Of a stretch of 64,000 nt of DNA, positions 25,330 through 38,224 are shown piece by piece; position 1 is the first letter of the stretch, and every line of letters starts with the position of its first letter. The position numbers and the translations under genes are program-made. The notes under the pieces were generated by a model. That model had not been told where the DNA came from. It did not search any database and worked only from the letters and a program-made list of their open reading frames with translations. Source of the stretch: Chiloscyllium plagiosum (lineage: Eukaryota). Where the stretch lies: the NCBI RefSeq assembly GCF_004010195.1, contig NC_057719.1, positions 60,437,080-60,501,079 of the forward strand, written 5' to 3'.

Positions 25330-26415
25330 TGATTAAGCAACATCATTATAGCATAACCCTCTAAAACTGGCAAAGGTTCAAAGGGAAATTGAACGCATGC
25401 TCCAAGACGACATAATTGAAGTGAGTTACAGTGATTGGATCTCACCCATAGTAATGGTGGCAAAACCAAATGGTACTCAACGCTTATGTGTGGACTATTG
25501 CAAAGTCAATGCAGTTACGAAGACTGATGCATATTCCACATTTGGAACACTGTCTTGAATACATGGGACAAGCAATTTATACGGCCAGGTATTTCTGTCT
25601 GAAAGAGCGAAGGCAATTTTGGCTTTTGTAACATTGAATGGACTGTATCAATTTAAAGTCATGCCATTTGGTATGAAAAATGCATTAGCCACATTTCTAA
25701 GACTAATTAATAACATCATTTCTGGATTACCCAATTGTGTAGTTTATATTGATGACCTGGTGATATTCAGTCACACATGGAAGGAACATTTGCAACATTT
25801 ATTGGAATTGTTCGATTGACTTCAGGAGGCAGGCTTAGTGATAAACCTGGCTAAGAGTGAATTTGTCAAAGTCCAAGTCACCTTCCTGGACTATGTTATT
25901 GGCCATGGACAAATGGCCCCATGGGATGCAAGAACATTGGTAACTGAGGAATTTCTCATACCATCGCCAAAAACAGCAGCACTACAATTCCTGGGATTGA
26001 GTGGATTTCATTAAAAATCCGTACCAAATTCTAGCAGTGTGGCTGCCCCACTCACTGAATTGCGAAAGAAAGGCAAAAAGTTTAAGTGGACTGCAGACTG
26101 TCAGAGTGTATTTGACAGCCTGAAAGCTAGGTTAATCACTGCCCCAGTGTTAGATACACCTCCAGAAAATTGAACATTCATCAGCGGAAATATTTGACAG
26201 TTGAGAAGGAGATTTTGAGCTTGGTGTTGGCATTACAACATTGCAACATCTGAGATAATCATATACACTGATCATAACCCATTGAAGTTTGTGGAGAAAT
26301 TTAAGGACAAAACTTCCAGGCTGTTTAGATGGAACTTGTTATTATATCCATTCAATTTGAAAATTGTGCAAATGGCAGGATGAGAAAACATGATTGCCAA
26401 TGTACTGTCAAAACT
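25330..26415 (+). pseudogene. RT and RNase H remnants of the Gmr1-like element
   Basis: SPIVMVAKPNGTQRLCVDY, GLYQFKVMPFGMKNA, VYIDDLVIFS, YLTVEKE, YTDHNPLKF. Confidence 0.92.
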
Positions 26416-26604
26416 TGGATGAGAAATGGAGGCATTCAGTGGCAGGAGTAAGTGGACTGAAATAGAATGTAGTAGTGCTTGCTTGCACATTTATAATCAA
26501 TGTAATGCATGTGTGTTGTAGAATATTAACAGTGTAAGATTAAGGAGTTTTAAATGAAACCATCTTTGAATATTGGTGGCTCATTTTTTTTAAAACGGGT
26601 GAGT

Positions 26605-27191
26605 TGTGACCATGCTGTTCCTTTAACAAGGTTATGATATCTTTGCTTTTTTCCCCAACAGGACTCATAAAGTCAGCAGTTCTGATATGTCTGGAAATAT
26701 CTACTTGAATAGGCTCTTCAAGTTTTTTTAAAAAGCACTTAGACAATGAAAGGGGTGTGGCCAGCTCTCCCAGTTCAGGGTTTTTTCTGATTTGGTTTGG
26801 TTGGGTTTTAACAAACAGTCTGTGGAAGCTGTTGGTAGAAATAGGTCTTTGCTCTCTCTGACATCTCTCCCATAAGAACTTGCGTTTGATTTTACCTTTT
26901 TTTTGCCAAGGGGGTGTTTATGACAACTTTGCAAGTATTTGGAATAGTGTCATTAAGTTGCAATAGAGTCAATTGTGTTTTCAGAGAGGTTAAGTTATTC
27001 TAAATTTCATTCTCCTTTGTTTGTGTTCATTCAGTAGCCTGTAAATAAATTCTGCTTTGTTTAAAACTGAGTGATTGGGCCAGCTGCATCAGTTCTGAAT
27101 ATCCACTAACACCTGCTTCAAACAACTTAAAAGTTACAGTCTGGGCTACATTCATGAAATGTTTTGAGGGCATCTGGCCTGGTGCATAACA
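26605..27191 (+). repeat. 3' LTR of the Gmr1-like element
   Basis: Starts tgtgacca after a purine-rich tract (aaaacgggtgag), ends ggtgcataaca, followed by the GATG TSD. Confidence 0.92.
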
Positions 27192-29635
27192 GATGCTATT
27201 GACCAGAGTTCCTTTTAAGTTATGGCTACTAACATTTGTGTCACTGAGATGACAATGTTAAATTAGCCAGGACCAACAGTATGGTGAAACCTGCCTTTGA
27301 CCAACATTTCACCCATAAATTCTGCATACATTACATAGGTGCAGAGTTTGCAAACCCATTCTTCATGCAATACCCCCATTATCCTGATATCCAGCAGACT
27401 TGGATTCAATGCTTTCATCCAATGTGACACTGACTCTCTCTCTCTCCCCACCCCACTGGAGGCTGCATATCACCTTTTGCATTGCACCACTCTTCCGCCC
27501 ATCCTCCCAATATGGAAACTAATCACATCGACCTGCAACTGTCCTCCCTCCCCTATGAAGCCTGACATTATATCTTAGTGATGCCCACGCTACTCCTCTA
27601 CACTCCCCTGTGGAGACCATGATTTTACTCACTGCCAATAACCCCATTTCCTGCAGCCTACTATGCCCTTCAATGCTGTTCTCAGTACCAGCCTTGAGCA
27701 ATCCTGCAGCACACTCCTCCCCCTCCCCCCAAACTCCCCCTTTTGATAGTAATTCCTCTTTTACAGTTGATGGATGGATGAACATGTAGGACTGTAATTG
27801 TCCCAGACCTCTGACCGACCAGCCAGCAACCACAAAACATGATGAACTAATCTCCTGACTGCTATTTTTGCAATTCACTGACTGATGATTCATAACTCCC
27901 TTCACTGCTGCTGTTGGCTCTGCAGGATGGTTTGTTACTCATTCCCTAACTGTAGTCAGATAGATTCACTGATGGTGAGCATCCCAAGCGGACAACTGGT
28001 TAAGTATATACTGACTGCGGCTCTTCTTACTTGACCGAGGACTACCTCCCCCCAACCAAACCCAGTTTAGACATAGCCAATTTTTTGAATACATCTGCAA
28101 CACATTTGTTGCACAGATAGCTGGCACACATTGGTGTTAAACTGACTTCGATGTGCTCTATGTCAAGATGTCATCCTGCTCCAATCCCGTTGACAGATCT
28201 CCACTGATTAGCAGTCTGTGTGTCTGTACAGAAGAACATGTCATGATAATACTGATAGTCGTTCACTCTGGCAGAAATGTCAACATGCTAACATGACAAA
28301 TTGAGGCAAAGCATGATGTTACGAACATGCAGGTAAGCGTTAAGTAAAAGTAAGTGCGAAGAGAACAAGCAAGCAGCCCTGAAATGCATCATGGTTTAAT
28401 CTGTGAGCTGGGTGCCTATCCCTGCTATATTCTCTCAAAGCTCATTCCAGTGTGGCTACAATGCTACTTTGTGCTTCCCAAGCAGCCTCCAAGTAGAATG
28501 GGGAGGTGTCATGATGGACATAAAGGGTTGGCAAATGCCAGATGTCAATGTCTGTGGATGAGGATTGCATGCAGCAGTTGTCCATGGAGCATGCCTTAAG
28601 ATGCTGTTTGGTGCTGAGTAACATGGAGGCTCCTTGTATCTATTGGCAAGAGGAGGTCTGCAGGCACCCGCTCTGATTCCCATGTCAAGGTTTCATGGTA
28701 TCTAGCTTGTTTGGCCCCTTTCTTATGATAGGAAGCTGAATATTAATGAAATAAGTTGTATGGGTGATAAAGGTTTTTTTATAGGCTTTCTGATCCCCCT
28801 GATGGCAACTCACCGTTGACTGGCAAGCATTTTGCCACACTGCTTACGAAAAGCATTGAAGATAGTGAGATGCTCCTGAAGTTGAGATATACCTCATTGG
28901 ATTTCTCTTTGGATTTTGCCACAAATCTCAACATAGTTTACGTCACTCAGACCCTTATACGATTCCACTCTTGGCTTCACATTAGTAAACTAATAAAATC
29001 GAAATGAGTCCTACAACCATTTTTGGTCTGCATTGCAATTTTGGCATTACAGGAACAGCTCCAAAGCAACTCCCTGCTCTCCAAAAGACTCATTTTTCCA
29101 TGCCATAGCAAGTCATAACTTCTAATGTTCTTGTTACTGATAAATATTTGTGTTTTGTGATACTCATATCAATAAGTGAAAATGCTATGAGATAGTAGAA
29201 CTTAATCATTGAGTGATCTTGCAAACTGCACATTCTTGAGTACTACTTTTTTTATTTTCGTCTTTTTGCTGTTAAGTAGCAAATATCAATCAAAGAAACC
29301 AACTGCAACATGAGTCAAAATGGTGGTGGTACACCTACTGCTTGATTCCTATCCCATGGTCATTTTAATACCACATTTTTGAGTGGCTAAGGTACTTGCC
29401 TAACCTTGGAAGGAGCCTCACAATTTGATGCAAGTTGGAGTCCTGTCACTTAAATAAGACTTGAAGATTAATTTTAGAAATCTGCTAAGGTAACCTCCGT
29501 GGGTAGCTTTGTCAGCAAACGTGGCAGGCAAGAAGTGGAATGATTATAGGAAATGAGAGAACATTTTCTTTGAGACACCAGGATATGCAGGAGTTAATTA
29601 TGAGTCAACTTCGCTCAGTTGGTGCTACTTCTTGT

Positions 29636-29768
29636 GTTCTGAAGAAAGATTACTGTGCCCAAAATGTTAACTCTGCTTTCTCTCACAGGTGCTGTCAGAC
29701 TTGTTGAGTTTTTCTAACAATTTCCATTTTCATTTCTGATTTCCAGCAACCACAGCTCTTTGTTCTTT
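29636..29768 (+). mobile_element. Short Penelope family B unit starting at a decayed hammerhead
   Basis: gttctgaagaaagattactgtgcccaaaatgttaactctg followed by the family B tail. Confidence 0.7.
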
Positions 29769-29869
29769 TTCTTCTCACACAGTAGGAGTTAGAGCTAGAG
29801 TTTGGAAAATGTCACTCCGTAACCATGAGTGATCATATTCTACAGCACTAAGAAATCCTTTTCCGGTGC

Positions 29870-31310
29870 TATGTGCAAGGGAAGCTACCATCCTAAAAAT
29901 GTGTGCCATTCCCCAAAGTCAAATTTACTGGGACCAGTACTGTCCAGCCTAGGTCACAGCAGAATTCCAGACTTCATTACAGACTTGATCAAACATGAAC
30001 AAAAGCGTTTAATTTCAGGGGTGAGGTGAGAGTGACTAACATTGATATCAAGACAGGATTCAACCAAATATGGCACCAACAAGTCCTAACAAATCTGAAG
30101 TTAATGGGGATAAGAGGAAATTTTACCAAGGACTAGTGTACACTTAGAATAAAAAATGGTTCTGATGATCGGAAGCCAGGCAACTCAGTGTCAGTATATT
30201 GCTACAGGAATTCCTCAGGGTAATATTCTAGGCCTAACTACCTTCAGTGATTTCATCAATTATAATAAGATCAGAAGTGGGGAAGTCCATTCATTGATGG
30301 CTGTTCAGTGCTCAGATCCAATTACAATTCTGCATATAATAAAGCAATACATTCCTTCTTTCAGCAAGACCGGAATAGCATCATGTTTGAGTAAAGGTAA
30401 CAAGCAGCATCCGAAGAGCAGGAAAATCGACGTTTCGGGCAAAAGCCCTTTATCAGGAATTCCTGATGAAGGGCTTTTGCCTGAAATGTCGATTTTCCTG
30501 CTCCTCGGATGCTGCCTGAACTGCTGGGCTTTCCAGAGCCACTCTAATCTAGACTCTGGTTTCCAGCATCTGCAGTCCTTGTTTTTACCTAAAGGTAACA
30601 AGCAATAACTCTGGTATGTAAATGTCAGAGAGCAACCCTGTCCAATAAGAGGGAAAAGAGACAATTATCACTAAATTACTGACCATTAACATCCTTAACT
30701 CATTGACTACAAACTCAACTGGGCCAGTCACATAAATGCTGTGGTTACTAAACTAAAACAGATACTAGATATTCTGTGAGTGCCTTACCCCCTAAGTCAC
30801 TGAAACCTCTACATCACCTACAAGGAACAGGTTAGGAGCATATTGGAGTAACCTCCACTGGTCTGATGGTTGCAGCTGCAACAATACCCAAGACGTTCAA
30901 CATCACGTTGGAAACTGCAATCTGCCTGACAGGTAGCCATCGAAGACTACACGTTAACTCCCTCCACAGCTGGTCTACAGTGGCAGAAGTAGTCTACAAA
31001 ATGCACTGTAGCAACTTGTTAAAAATTCCTTAACAGCACATCTCAAGCCTGTGCTCTCATCCATCTGGACTGACAAGGAGAGCAAGCTTATAAGAACACT
31101 TCCATTTTAACTTCCCCACATAGTCTCACACTTATCCTGACTTGGACCTTCATCATCACTGGGTCAGAATCCTGTAACATTGTACTAAATAGCACCACAC
31201 AAGTACTTTCACCACACAAATTGCAACTTTTCAAGGAGATGGTGCACCCCCACCTCAAGGGCAACTAAAAGCAGGCTATATATGCTGGCTTTGCTAGCTA
31301 ACAAAAAAAC
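29870..31310 (+). mobile_element. Decayed LINE RT and 3' end (family of 1480-3470)
   Basis: GIPQGNILGLTTFSDFIN (GVPQGSVLGP-like); tail cacctcaagggcaact...atgctggctttgctagc. Confidence 0.75.
30407..30589. mobile_element. Palindromic family A cassette with two back-to-back hammerhead motifs and a perfect 15-bp TSD
   Basis: Centre ggaattcc (30456-30463); plus ctgatga-a-gggc-tttt-gcct-gaaatgtc, minus ctgataa-a-gggc-tttt-gccc-gaaacgtc; taaaggtaacaagca at 30392 and 30590. Confidence 0.93.
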
Positions 31311-31399
31311 AAGACTAAAGGAGCCTACAGTTAGAAAATGCCTTTTATAAATTCGAGCTAATTAAATAATTTTTAAGGTTCACTTCACTAACAACGCAG

Positions 31400-32710
31400 G
31401 ACACATAGCAGCTGACTTCTCCATCATTAGGCATGAGGAAAGCAATGAAATAATGACCTGGTAGTTTGCTTTAGCGATGTTAGTTTGATTAGAACTTCTG
31501 AGAAATTACCCTGTTTTTCTAATTTGTGGTGTGAGTTGCTTTCTGTCCACCAAAAGGTTGTCACAACTAAATCACCAAAGAGATTCTGCAATTCATTATA
31601 TTTCTGGACAGGACATCCCTAACTGTTCAACTCCTGGTTGAGTAGGGATGAATTGGCTCCCTTTCTTTCTTCACCAAATCCCTCAGTTGATCGCAACAAG
31701 GTCAATTTACAAAAGGAACCCTACCCTTGTCTACACCTTTCTTCCAGATCCAAATGAACTTCTACACACAGCTTAGAAAAGGTGAGTCCAAAAAGATTAT
31801 GTTTTTAAAAATATAGAGAGGACATTCTGATTTTTATGTGAAAAGTGGATAGTTGAATATTGTAGCCATTGCAATAGAAGCTACCAGTAGCATTAATATT
31901 GGCAATTGAACAATGGGTTTCAGAACTCTTGGTTTTGTGGACTAATTGAAGTTTCTTTGGTCTGATTTTTTTCTTAACTGATTTAAAGCAATCAGAGTGA
32001 CAGAGGATCTTCTTTTTGTCTGGTTGCTAGCTAGTTAACTTCTCGCATTCAGGGAGAGATAAAGTCTTTACCTGCAACACAGGTTTAACCAGGGTATGCC
32101 CAACTGAGATCTTCATAGCACACTGACGTTTTAACCTAGGCTGGTGTGCATGAGAATATTCATTCCTACTAGACACACCAGTACACTGAATTTGCTTTTC
32201 AACCTGTTTTGGTGCATTCTTCAATGTGAAAAACACAATATATCTGCAGTTTGTGAAATAATTGAAAGGGGGTAACTTGCTGTTGAGCAGGGCGGTGTTA
32301 ACCATATGTTATCATTATAGTCACAAGTGATCATTGTCCGTTCTTTGACTTGTCCTTTCCCATTTTCAAATGCTGTTTGAAGTTCCCATCCCATCTATGT
32401 GATACCCCATGGATCAGTCTGTCTTCAGACAGCATCTTAGTAAAGCTCAGTGGCCATTTTTGGCTGTATCAAACTTATTTCAAGAAAAACATTTCAGAAT
32501 TACAAGTTAAAAATCTTCACAGTCCTTTGGAACTCTGATACACGGTCATGTCAGAGTACAGCTGGGGCATCTGTTTAATGTCTTGACCAAAAGATGAAAA
32601 GATAGAGTATTCAGAGTACTGCACTGAATTGCCATCCCAGACTATAAGTTAGAGTGGGGTTTGAATTTTCAACCTTTTAACTCAGGCAAAGGAACTGCCT
32701 GTTCTATTAC
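31400..32710 (-). mobile_element. Old DeuSINE-like (SacSINE1-type) SINE split in two (about 31400-31558 and 32554-32710)
   Basis: The two pieces match consecutive parts of the SINE consensus as I recall it (cagtgcagtact, cattaaacagatgcccc; agcaatgaaataatgacc); recognised from memory only. Confidence 0.5.
31559..32553. mobile_element. Putative solo LTR (about 995 bp) interrupting the SINE
   Basis: Begins tgtcac, ends atgtca; imperfect 4-bp flanks aggt/gagt; no coding remnant. Confidence 0.4.
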
Positions 32711-33199
32711 TGACATTACACACAGGATTTCTTATGGAATGTAATCATAGGGGAAAAAAGGATGGTAATTGCAAGTTATTTGCCACAACGTCTCCAAGAT
32801 TGTGTACTGGTGTACTAGCAATGTCAACTAAGGAGTCAATAAGTAATGAAACTACTGGTTTGTTCAATTCCAATAATACTGTGCAGAAACTCTGGCATGT
32901 TGCCTATTGTTTGTATTACTTCCAGATTTGCTGCCTGTATACAACTAAATTATTTTCATGAACTAAGGTGAAGAATTATTTTTCTATAGATCAGTTGTTG
33001 AGAAAGCAGGATCATCTTTCATCACTTTCTCTAATAATAGTAAGCACGAGTGTCAAAAAAAAAATGATACACATCAGTTGTGAATAGGAAACAAGGTTTG
33101 CCTACTCAGAACTAAGAAAGTCTGCCAGTTAAATAAAATGGATTGGAGTTTCTGCCTTGGGGTATTTGGGAAATCAGTGCTCAAACACTGCTGATTAAA

Positions 33200-33670
33200 G
33201 GGTACAGTACCATAATGATTTTGCTCTTAGACAAGTAATGCAAGAAGCCTGAACTAATGATCTGGAAATATGAATTCACAGATCACAACAGTAGTTATGG
33301 AATTTATGTTCAATTAAGTAAATCTGTATTAAAATAAAGTTAGTAAGTTTACCAATGTTTCTTTAAAGACGCACACTTTAAAGGTCCAGGAACTTAAAGG
33401 AACAGGCCATTCACAAAAACAAAAGCTTACGAAATTGTTGATTGTCATAACCACATCAAGTTCATACCATTCTTTAGGAAGGAAATTTGCCATCCTTACT
33501 CAATTTGGCTAATAGGTAATTCCACACATACAACAATGTGGTTGACTATTACTTGTCCCAGCAAATCACTTGGTTATCAAGAGGATGTTCAGTACTCCAA
33601 GCACCACCACCTCTACAGAGACAATTAGAGATAGGCAACAAAAGCCTACTTGCCTCATTCCATAATTTTT
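33200..33670 (+). mobile_element. Short non-autonomous element joining the 5' head and 3' tail of the tRNA-headed LINE family
   Basis: 5' part resembles 1480-1750 (ggaaggaaatttgc in both); 3' part resembles 31240-31300 (caccacctc...caattagagataggcaacaaa). Confidence 0.55.
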
Positions 33671-33889
33671 TTTGAAAAGAAGTTTAGCTTACAGTTCAAG
33701 TTTCTCATAAAGTTTATATGAATAATCATCAATTGTGCTGATCAATAGGTCAGCATTATAGAACATAATTATGCTTTTCTCTCCAATATAAAATATCCCT
33801 TAACGTATTTAAGAGTGGTAATGTATGGTGCAGTTTTATTGGTAACTGAAATAGGTATCTCAGTAAAAAATAAATAAAATAGCCTGTTG

Positions 33890-34325
33890 TACTGTTCCAG
33901 CATGCCTCAATGCAGTCTGGAAGAACAATACCACATCGTCCACATAGGCACCTTACAGTCTTCAAGAGTCAGTTTTTCAGAATGTGATAACCCTCAGTGT
34001 AAGTTATCCCTCCCCCCTCTCCCACCACATCCATTGGTTCTGCATTGTATTTGTTGCTCACACTTCTCATTAGCACCCTATCTATTTGATCAATCTCTCT
34101 CATCTTATCATCAGCTGTCCTCTTTTCTGTCTCTCTGAGCTCCCTCTCCACAAACTCTATTCATTCCTCCCAACCACATCAGTATAAATACCACCCTATT
34201 GCCACTAGACTCAAAACATTAACTCTGTTTTCCCTTCAGCTGATGCTGCCAAACCAGCTGTATTTCTCCAACACACACGGTTTCTGTTTCAGACTTCCAG
34301 CATCTTCAACTCGTGTGTTTATTTG
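33890..34325 (+). mobile_element. Decayed Penelope-like 3' fragment
   Basis: LEEQYHIVHIGTLQ (GIY-YIG tail), gactcaaaacattaactctg and a family B-like tail. Confidence 0.6.
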
Positions 34326-34403
34326 CAACAGGAGTATTCGGTTCTCCAAGTGAGAGTAACCTGATTTAAATAAAGCCATGATGTCTGAGTCTTAGATACT
34401 ATG

Positions 34404-34590
34404 GGAGAAAGTGAGGACTGCAGATGCTGGAGGTCAGAGCTGAAATTGTGTTGCTGGAAAAGCGCAGCAGGTCAGGCAGCATCCAAGGAGCAGGAGAATT
34501 GACGTTTCAGGCATGAGCCCTTAACGTCGATTCTCCTGCTCCTTGGATGCTGCCTGACCTGCTGTGCTTTTCCAGCAACACATTTTCAGC
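34404..34590. mobile_element. Palindromic family A cassette with perfect 14-bp TSD
   Basis: Arms meet at gagccctt|aacgtcga (about 34522); tcttagatactatg at 34390 and 34591. Confidence 0.93.
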
Positions 34591-35228
34591 TCTTAGATAC
34601 TATGCACTGCCAACATGCAGTAGTTGGTTTGGGTAGCTCATTGCTACCAATCTTCCTTTTTACATATTTGTAGTCAACCTGTCCAGACATGCGACATGCT
34701 ATTGCACATCTCTGAAGCAGGTGAGAATTTGAACCAGAGTCTTCTACGCAGAAGTACGGTCCACCACATTGCAAAAGCCCCAGTTTTCCTTCTTCTAATG
34801 CTGAGTCTAGGGCCTGTCTAATTATCAGTGGCAGAGAATAGACCACTGGTGAGTCGAAACAGAAAAGGTACTTGTCCTACATAATAAGGCAGTTTACTGC
34901 TTAATTCCAACAGGGTACAGTTTACATTATGTTTTGTGAGCTTTGGAACCTCAGGAGCTGCACATAATCCATCAGGTATTCACACAGACATCAACACCCA
35001 AATACCATGAGACAGCATAGATTGGGTGATGCTCAATGTCACATGAACATTAGCTCCTTCGAAACAACATAAAATGCTCAGCAACAGTATACCAGAAGGA
35101 AGAAGCTCTAATAGGTCCTACTGCACAATGTTTGGAAAAAGTATAAATAAGTAATAAGTTTAATTGTTAATGTTCAAGAGCTTTTGCCAAAATAGATTAC
35201 AGTCATCTTTCAAAAGCAGTCAGAATGC

Positions 35229-35350
35229 ATTCTGAGGAAGGTTCACTCAACCCAAAACATTAACTCTGATTCCTCTTCATGGATGCTGCCAGACCTGCTG
35301 AGCTTTTCCAGCACACTCTACTTTTGATGCAGAACCCAGTTGCGTTTTGC
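35229..35350 (+). mobile_element. Short Penelope family B unit starting at the hammerhead
   Basis: ttctgaggaaggttcactcaacccaaaacattaactctg followed by the tail. Confidence 0.8.
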
Positions 35351-36329
35351 ATATTGCAAAGAGCAACAACAGACAAACATATGAAAGTCAAACCAATTAA
35401 AATGTATAAATACCCTTTCCACAACAAAATAGACCAATGCAAGAATCTAAATGTTGCCATTCACCAGCATAAACTCAGAAATTTTGATTTAACTTTGGAA
35501 TAGTTATGCAGCTTTAAGATTCCAACTTCAGTAGGGCAAGCCAGAGTGGATTACGCATGCAGCCAGTTAAAGCAGTGAGCTAAAGTTCACCCAAATATAA
35601 ATTTCAGCATAGAGTTCATTTCCATAAACCCATCCTTCTGCCATGAATTCTGATGCCCCATGTGCCCAGAATTCTACACTCTCCTTGTCCAAAGCATTTT
35701 ATTGACAAGTTTCTGTGACGTGTGCTTTGACCCTTGCAGCTCTTCAGGGGTCAGGCTCATGTAAATATTTCTGGTTAGCTCCTGACAGTATTTATGTCAC
35801 TGCTAGCTCTGAAGCAATGAAAAAGGTATATTTTTTTCAAAATTTGTACCTTGGTTACTGCCTGCTGCAATTGTTTCAGCAAAGTTCAATACGAAACATA
35901 CAAATCTGTTCAAGCTACTATGATTAAAATGCACACGAAAGAGTAGGGTAAACAGATTTATGAGTACCTTTTAAAAAAAGAATTGGACGTATATTTGAAA
36001 AGGAAGGCTTTGCAGGACTGTCTTTCTCTACTGTCACATTTTGCAATTCAGTGACTAAGACATATTTTGATTAATTACAGAAAATACATCAGATGACTTT
36101 TTTTGTATTTCAATGTTGTGAATTTTCATTAGAAAATACGAGCCACTGTATAACCAAATGACTTTGAACAAGTTTGCCATATCTCTGAAGATATTATATT
36201 TTGTATCACTATACAATGGTTATAATTTTACATTACTTTGGTAAAATTTCAAATAAATGTTTCATTCAATTAGATTTAATTTAGAGAACTGTTACACATT
36301 GTAACTAATCTTGTAACTGAAGCTGCTGC

Positions 36330-36430
36330 ACCTAGGTACCTTTGTACTTAAGATGGCGCTGTAAGTGGTGACTTATAAACTTTCCACTGTACTCAGTTGC
36401 GTACGTGACAATAAAGCTAATTCAATTCAA
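36330..36430 (+). mobile_element. Possible short LINE 3' tail
   Basis: ctttccactgtactc...cgtgacaataaagctaattcaattcaa: polyA signal followed by a microsatellite tail. Confidence 0.4.
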
Positions 36431-37241
36431 GTTAATTAAAGGGTGCAACATAAGAAATGAAAATTCTCCTCTATGTTTCATTTGCAAGCATGTTTGATTT
36501 TCAAAACTTTGTTGTTGATATCATTTAACACCAGTACTAATATTGAAATAATATTTTATACATTTTCATTCAAAATACTGATCATTCAAATCTATGCCAA
36601 ACATCATTTTTGTAGAATATTTATACTGGGCATATCTTTTAAAATACTGTTAGATTTAAGATAAAATAAAATTGTTATAACATGTAGCCTATTCTGCCAC
36701 TGAGGTAAATCACTGCAATTGTATAATGTTGAATCATTTTCATGAATTACGATAATGGTCTTAGTTAAGTAGAAGAACTTAAAATAATGACACAATGTCA
36801 CAAATCAACAAGGAAATTTTGTGCAGCAATGTGCAATGGAAGGCTGTTTTTTGAAACATTGTGTGCAAACTAAATCTCAGTTAAAGCTGATATTGCATTG
36901 CCAAAATCTAAATTCCTTTGTGACCATTTAACAGCCGTAAATAAAACTAAAAGCAAACACAAGAGAGATGTCATCAATATTACATAAAGTTTTAAATCAA
37001 ATGTCTAGTCTTTAATTAATAATAATCAGCAATAAGCAGAATAAAACTCATTCACTCAGAATTTTATGCAGTAGAGCATGAGTTGGGTTTCTTCCTTTAC
37101 CTTTCAGTTCTAATTACAATTTGTCAAAGTGCAAGTTGAGAATGAAGTTGTGAAATCAACATGACATCTGGGACTTGGAGAACAGCAAGACCAAGAGTTG
37201 ATCTCCTAAACCAATATAATTTAAGTTTGGAGAAAGTGCAT

Positions 37242-37266
37242 GAGAGAGAGAGAGAGAGAGAGAGAA
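37242..37266. repeat. (GA)n microsatellite
   Basis: Direct reading. Confidence 0.95.
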
Positions 37267-38224
37267 AACGTAGTATTGGGAATTATGATCCAATTAGAAA
37301 TGGACAGAGGCAGTGAGGAAAGTTTGGATCATTTGGTGGCACTGGAACATGGAAAATAAAGGAAAGAAATTAAAATTAAAACTTTAAAATTTTCAAACTA
37401 CACAGAACAATTTATCAACTTTGTCAGCGAGACTCACCAATTTCACACTTGACTCCATTAACATTGTCCTAATTCCAGGAAACAGTAGCTAACATGTAAT
37501 TTATATTCACACCATAAATGGTGCATTTTGTTTTGATATTCAGTGGGACATTGCTACAGATTTACCATTTTTATGACATTAAAGAAGTGACGAAAACAAA
37601 TCATCCACATACTGACATCCAATTCACAATAGCATTTGTCTGCATTGCCTCAAGTTGCTGGAGCTTTTTAAGGCACTAATAATGCGGTGCCCTGTGAACT
37701 TGCTGGTTCATTCCAGCAAATTCACAGTTGTTGTCCTATCATAAACATACAACACTCTTTAACTGCAGAAGTCGTACTTTTTAAAAAGAGTTAATTTCAC
37801 ACATTGTGACCATCACAGAAATAAAACAGTACAATCATTGCAATTTGGGATTCAGTGTTGTGGTTTCCGGTTACTAATATGATAGAAAACATATTGAGAA
37901 ACATGTATCACCATTAGAAGAACTAAGCTTTAAATTGTTATGGATAGATTGATGTTTGAAATTCAAGATAGAATTGAGCTGAGATTAAAGCTGACACTCA
38001 AACCTTTCATCAGGTTCAAACAACATTTTTAAAAAAAAATTGACGCTGTTACACATTTCCTCAAATTCCCATCACCTTCCTTTTCAGTCCTTGTTTACTT
38101 CTACATTGCTTGGAACCAAATTTTAGTCACACTGACAGACTCAGACAGAGTCTGAGACAGTTTGTCAGAAACTAAGCAAGGAACCATAAATAATAGGTCC
38201 TGATTCAGTCCTCATAGAGCTAAG

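Larger units (their letters stand above)
20679..27191 (+). mobile_element. Full-length, inactivated Gmr1-like Ty3/Gypsy LTR retrotransposon (gag-PR-INT-RT-RNaseH)
   Basis: Two TG...CA LTRs; GATG TSD (20675-20678 and 27192-27195); PBS; gag, protease, integrase, RT (YIDD) and RNase H remnants, all with stops or frameshifts. Confidence 0.93.

Noticed and set aside
27200..28850. GC-richer stretch (with 19650-20670 and 50270-50600) that might be decayed Harbinger-like DNA transposon
   Set aside because: I could not identify TIRs, a TSD or a convincing transposase or Myb motif, so it is left unannotated.
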